64,000 bases of DNA from Tubiluchus corallicola (lineage: Eukaryota; Animalia; Priapulida): positions 723,692-787,691 of the forward strand of contig JAQGDQ010000056.1 of the NCBI GenBank assembly GCA_030141605.1. The letters are read 5' to 3'. A model generated the notes under the pieces. It was not told the DNA's origin. It was given only the letters and a program-made list of their open reading frames with translations, and did not search any database. Of the stretch, positions 62,014 through 64,000 are shown piece after piece. Made by a program: the position numbers and the translations under genes. Every line of letters starts with the position of its first letter. The stretch's first letter is position 1.

Positions 62014-63895
62014 TCAAAATACTTCATCAACCAAAGCTTCCAACCCAGCTGCCACTTCTCTACCAGTTGGTTGAATATACTTTGTACTTAATGTGAACCC
62101 TCCTTCATAATACGAAGATGGGCGCAGTTCCCACGTGTAAGCGTATTCAATGTTTCGGGTTAATTTGGCATAGTCATCTGATCCTCCAGCTGCAGGGTCT
62201 GTAATACAACGACAACTTTTTGAATATGGAATTAATATTTCTACATTTTACAACCTGATGAAACAATCGTGGATAATAAAGGTCGGACACATACACAAGC
62301 TGAAGCTGTACAGCTATTTGGAGGAGCAATATGCAAAGAGAAAGAAAAGCAGAAGTTAAACTTAAGAAAAATATACTACTATAATGATATGTGATCTACA
62401 AAGCACTAGGTTTGCTTAACCAGGTAATTCTATCAACGAGAACCTGAATCATTAAGAATTCTGTCAGTGAGAACGTTCCAGTTCACAAAGTTTAATTAAT
62501 GATTAATACTAATTAATAAAAGCACTAAGTAACAAATGGGTACTTGAGTCAATTGAGCCAATGAGTCACTTGGTATATTTGACTTTGAATTTGACATTGA
62601 AGGCTGATATGTACCAGATGTTTTGTTAAGAAATCCTTGTTGATTGAAATTTCTAAGTTTATTTATATATAGTTTTTGATAATTGAGATAATTTACCTCT
62701 GCTATAAACAGATTAGACATTGTCGCATGAACGTATTAGCCAAAGGAACCTTTTAGAGAGATTTACGTCATTAATACTATGAAGACATTACTATTAGAGT
62801 TGACCGTGTCACAGTATTTCACTTGAAATTTTCCATCATGAAGAGATAAATTATATACACAACCAAGGACTGTTATAAATCGTATCAAGTTATTTCAACT
62901 TACACAAATCTGAACTCTTTATGACTTTATAGTATTTTCGATGCACGGCTTTTATGGCTCTACTGACGATCTTACCCGTGTCAAACTGCAAAAACAAAAA
63001 TAAAATTTACTCAAAATATAGACAATCATGTGCATTCATTTTCTAATCACAAACTGTTTGCTTATCTGGTAGTGATAAAAATATATAAAGCTAGCGTTTA
63101 TGTTCAGGATTTATTTGTGTGTTCATTATAAAACTTTATTTCACAACTTCTAAAATTCTAATGATGTCAAACGCTTGGCGAATCGTTATGCGTGATTTTA
63201 ATTAGATAAATCTTGACATTGTGAGGTAGGCGTCAATGTTCCTTGTTTCTGGCTCACTCAGAGGCTCTTTCCCGGGATAGATAGGCGAGCAAGGGTCAAA
63301 CCTAACTCCAGTGGCTACAAAAACATTTTGTTTATTGTATACTATACTACACCCACATTTATATAAGTATGTTACAACTCAAATGTATTAAATAAGGAAC
63401 TATGACTTGCACGATAATTCTCCGGATGAATTGATACATACTTTTATTTGTTTGTTTATGGTTGATCTTGCTGTATCAAGCTATTGGTCGTAGCGGCGTG
63501 CCGTCTTGACAAGGATTTTTTTAAAGGTTACCACGTGACAACTTTATAATATAGAAGATGTTACTAAGCAGTACCACCATAGCAGCTACTGTTTAGAAGA
63601 GTTGTTCTACGTAAATTTTACGTAAATAAATTAGTTCCCAAAACACCCCTTTCTAACTCCTTGGAAAGGAGGAAATGCGATTAAAAGATGATGTGGGCTC
63701 CTTTACATACTCCACTATCAGGATGAAGTGTTGCTAGTCACGTTTTTTCTGGACGATCTTGTATACATGGGGTTTCGAAAATAAAAAGTTGTCATACTAA
63801 CTTCCCCAATGTTTCTTAACATCGAAATTCCTGTTTAGGTCGACACCAACACAACGATGGTCTATCGGTCTGCGATTTTTTCTCCAAAACCGATC
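62014..63895 (-). pseudogene. Second carboxypeptidase B-like gene (gene B), 3' part only; probably disrupted
   Basis: Exons 63895-63802 (DRFWRKNRRPIDHRCVGVDLNRNFDVKKHWG), 63314 onward (TGVRFDPCSPIYPGKEPLSEPETRNIDAYLTMSRFI, then TAA at 63204-63202), 62985-62904 and 62198-62014 (YPAAGGSDDY...TWELRP...GF...DEVF*). The LHSYGQ half of the 215-nt exon is absent. The 5' exons lie beyond the window. Confidence 0.8.
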
Positions 63896-64000
63896 CTAAA
63901 AATAGAGTGCTGTGAATAGAACGATTTTTATACCTTTTAGTGACGTTTGTGTGTTACATTGAAGGCAGATTATTGCAGAGATGTTCGTAATTTGATTATT

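Overview
AT-rich, intron-containing invertebrate (metazoan) genomic DNA with one 464-N assembly gap; nothing prokaryotic (no operons, CRISPR or rRNA). Most six-frame ORFs are noise, so I rebuilt the genes by hand from GT-AG, phase-consistent exons. The + strand carries a tandem array of SLC23/NAT (nucleobase-ascorbate transporter) genes: gene 1 (13 coding exons, ~648 aa, 10264-29570), a decayed third copy (~33978-34480) and gene 2 (12 coding exons, ~617 aa, 35842-48128). The - strand carries a convergent tandem pair of M14A procarboxypeptidase B-like genes: gene A is complete (11 exons, ~409 aa, 59346-49885); gene B runs off the window edge and has lost the segment encoding the third zinc ligand. 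Introns and intergenic DNA hold a Penelope-like retroelement remnant with inverted pseudo-LTRs and minimal hammerhead ribozymes, plus RTE and CR1/L2 LINE relics, Harbinger, hAT and Tc1/mariner non-autonomous elements, tRNA-derived SINEs and microsatellites. Most notable: both intact SLC23 paralogues show the same coordinated rewiring of the substrate pocket (TM1 QH>QQ, TM3 Phe>Ser, NAT motif EN>NE/NA, TM12 aromatic>Met), which suggests a subfamily with a non-canonical substrate. All family assignments come from motif recognition, not from database searches.
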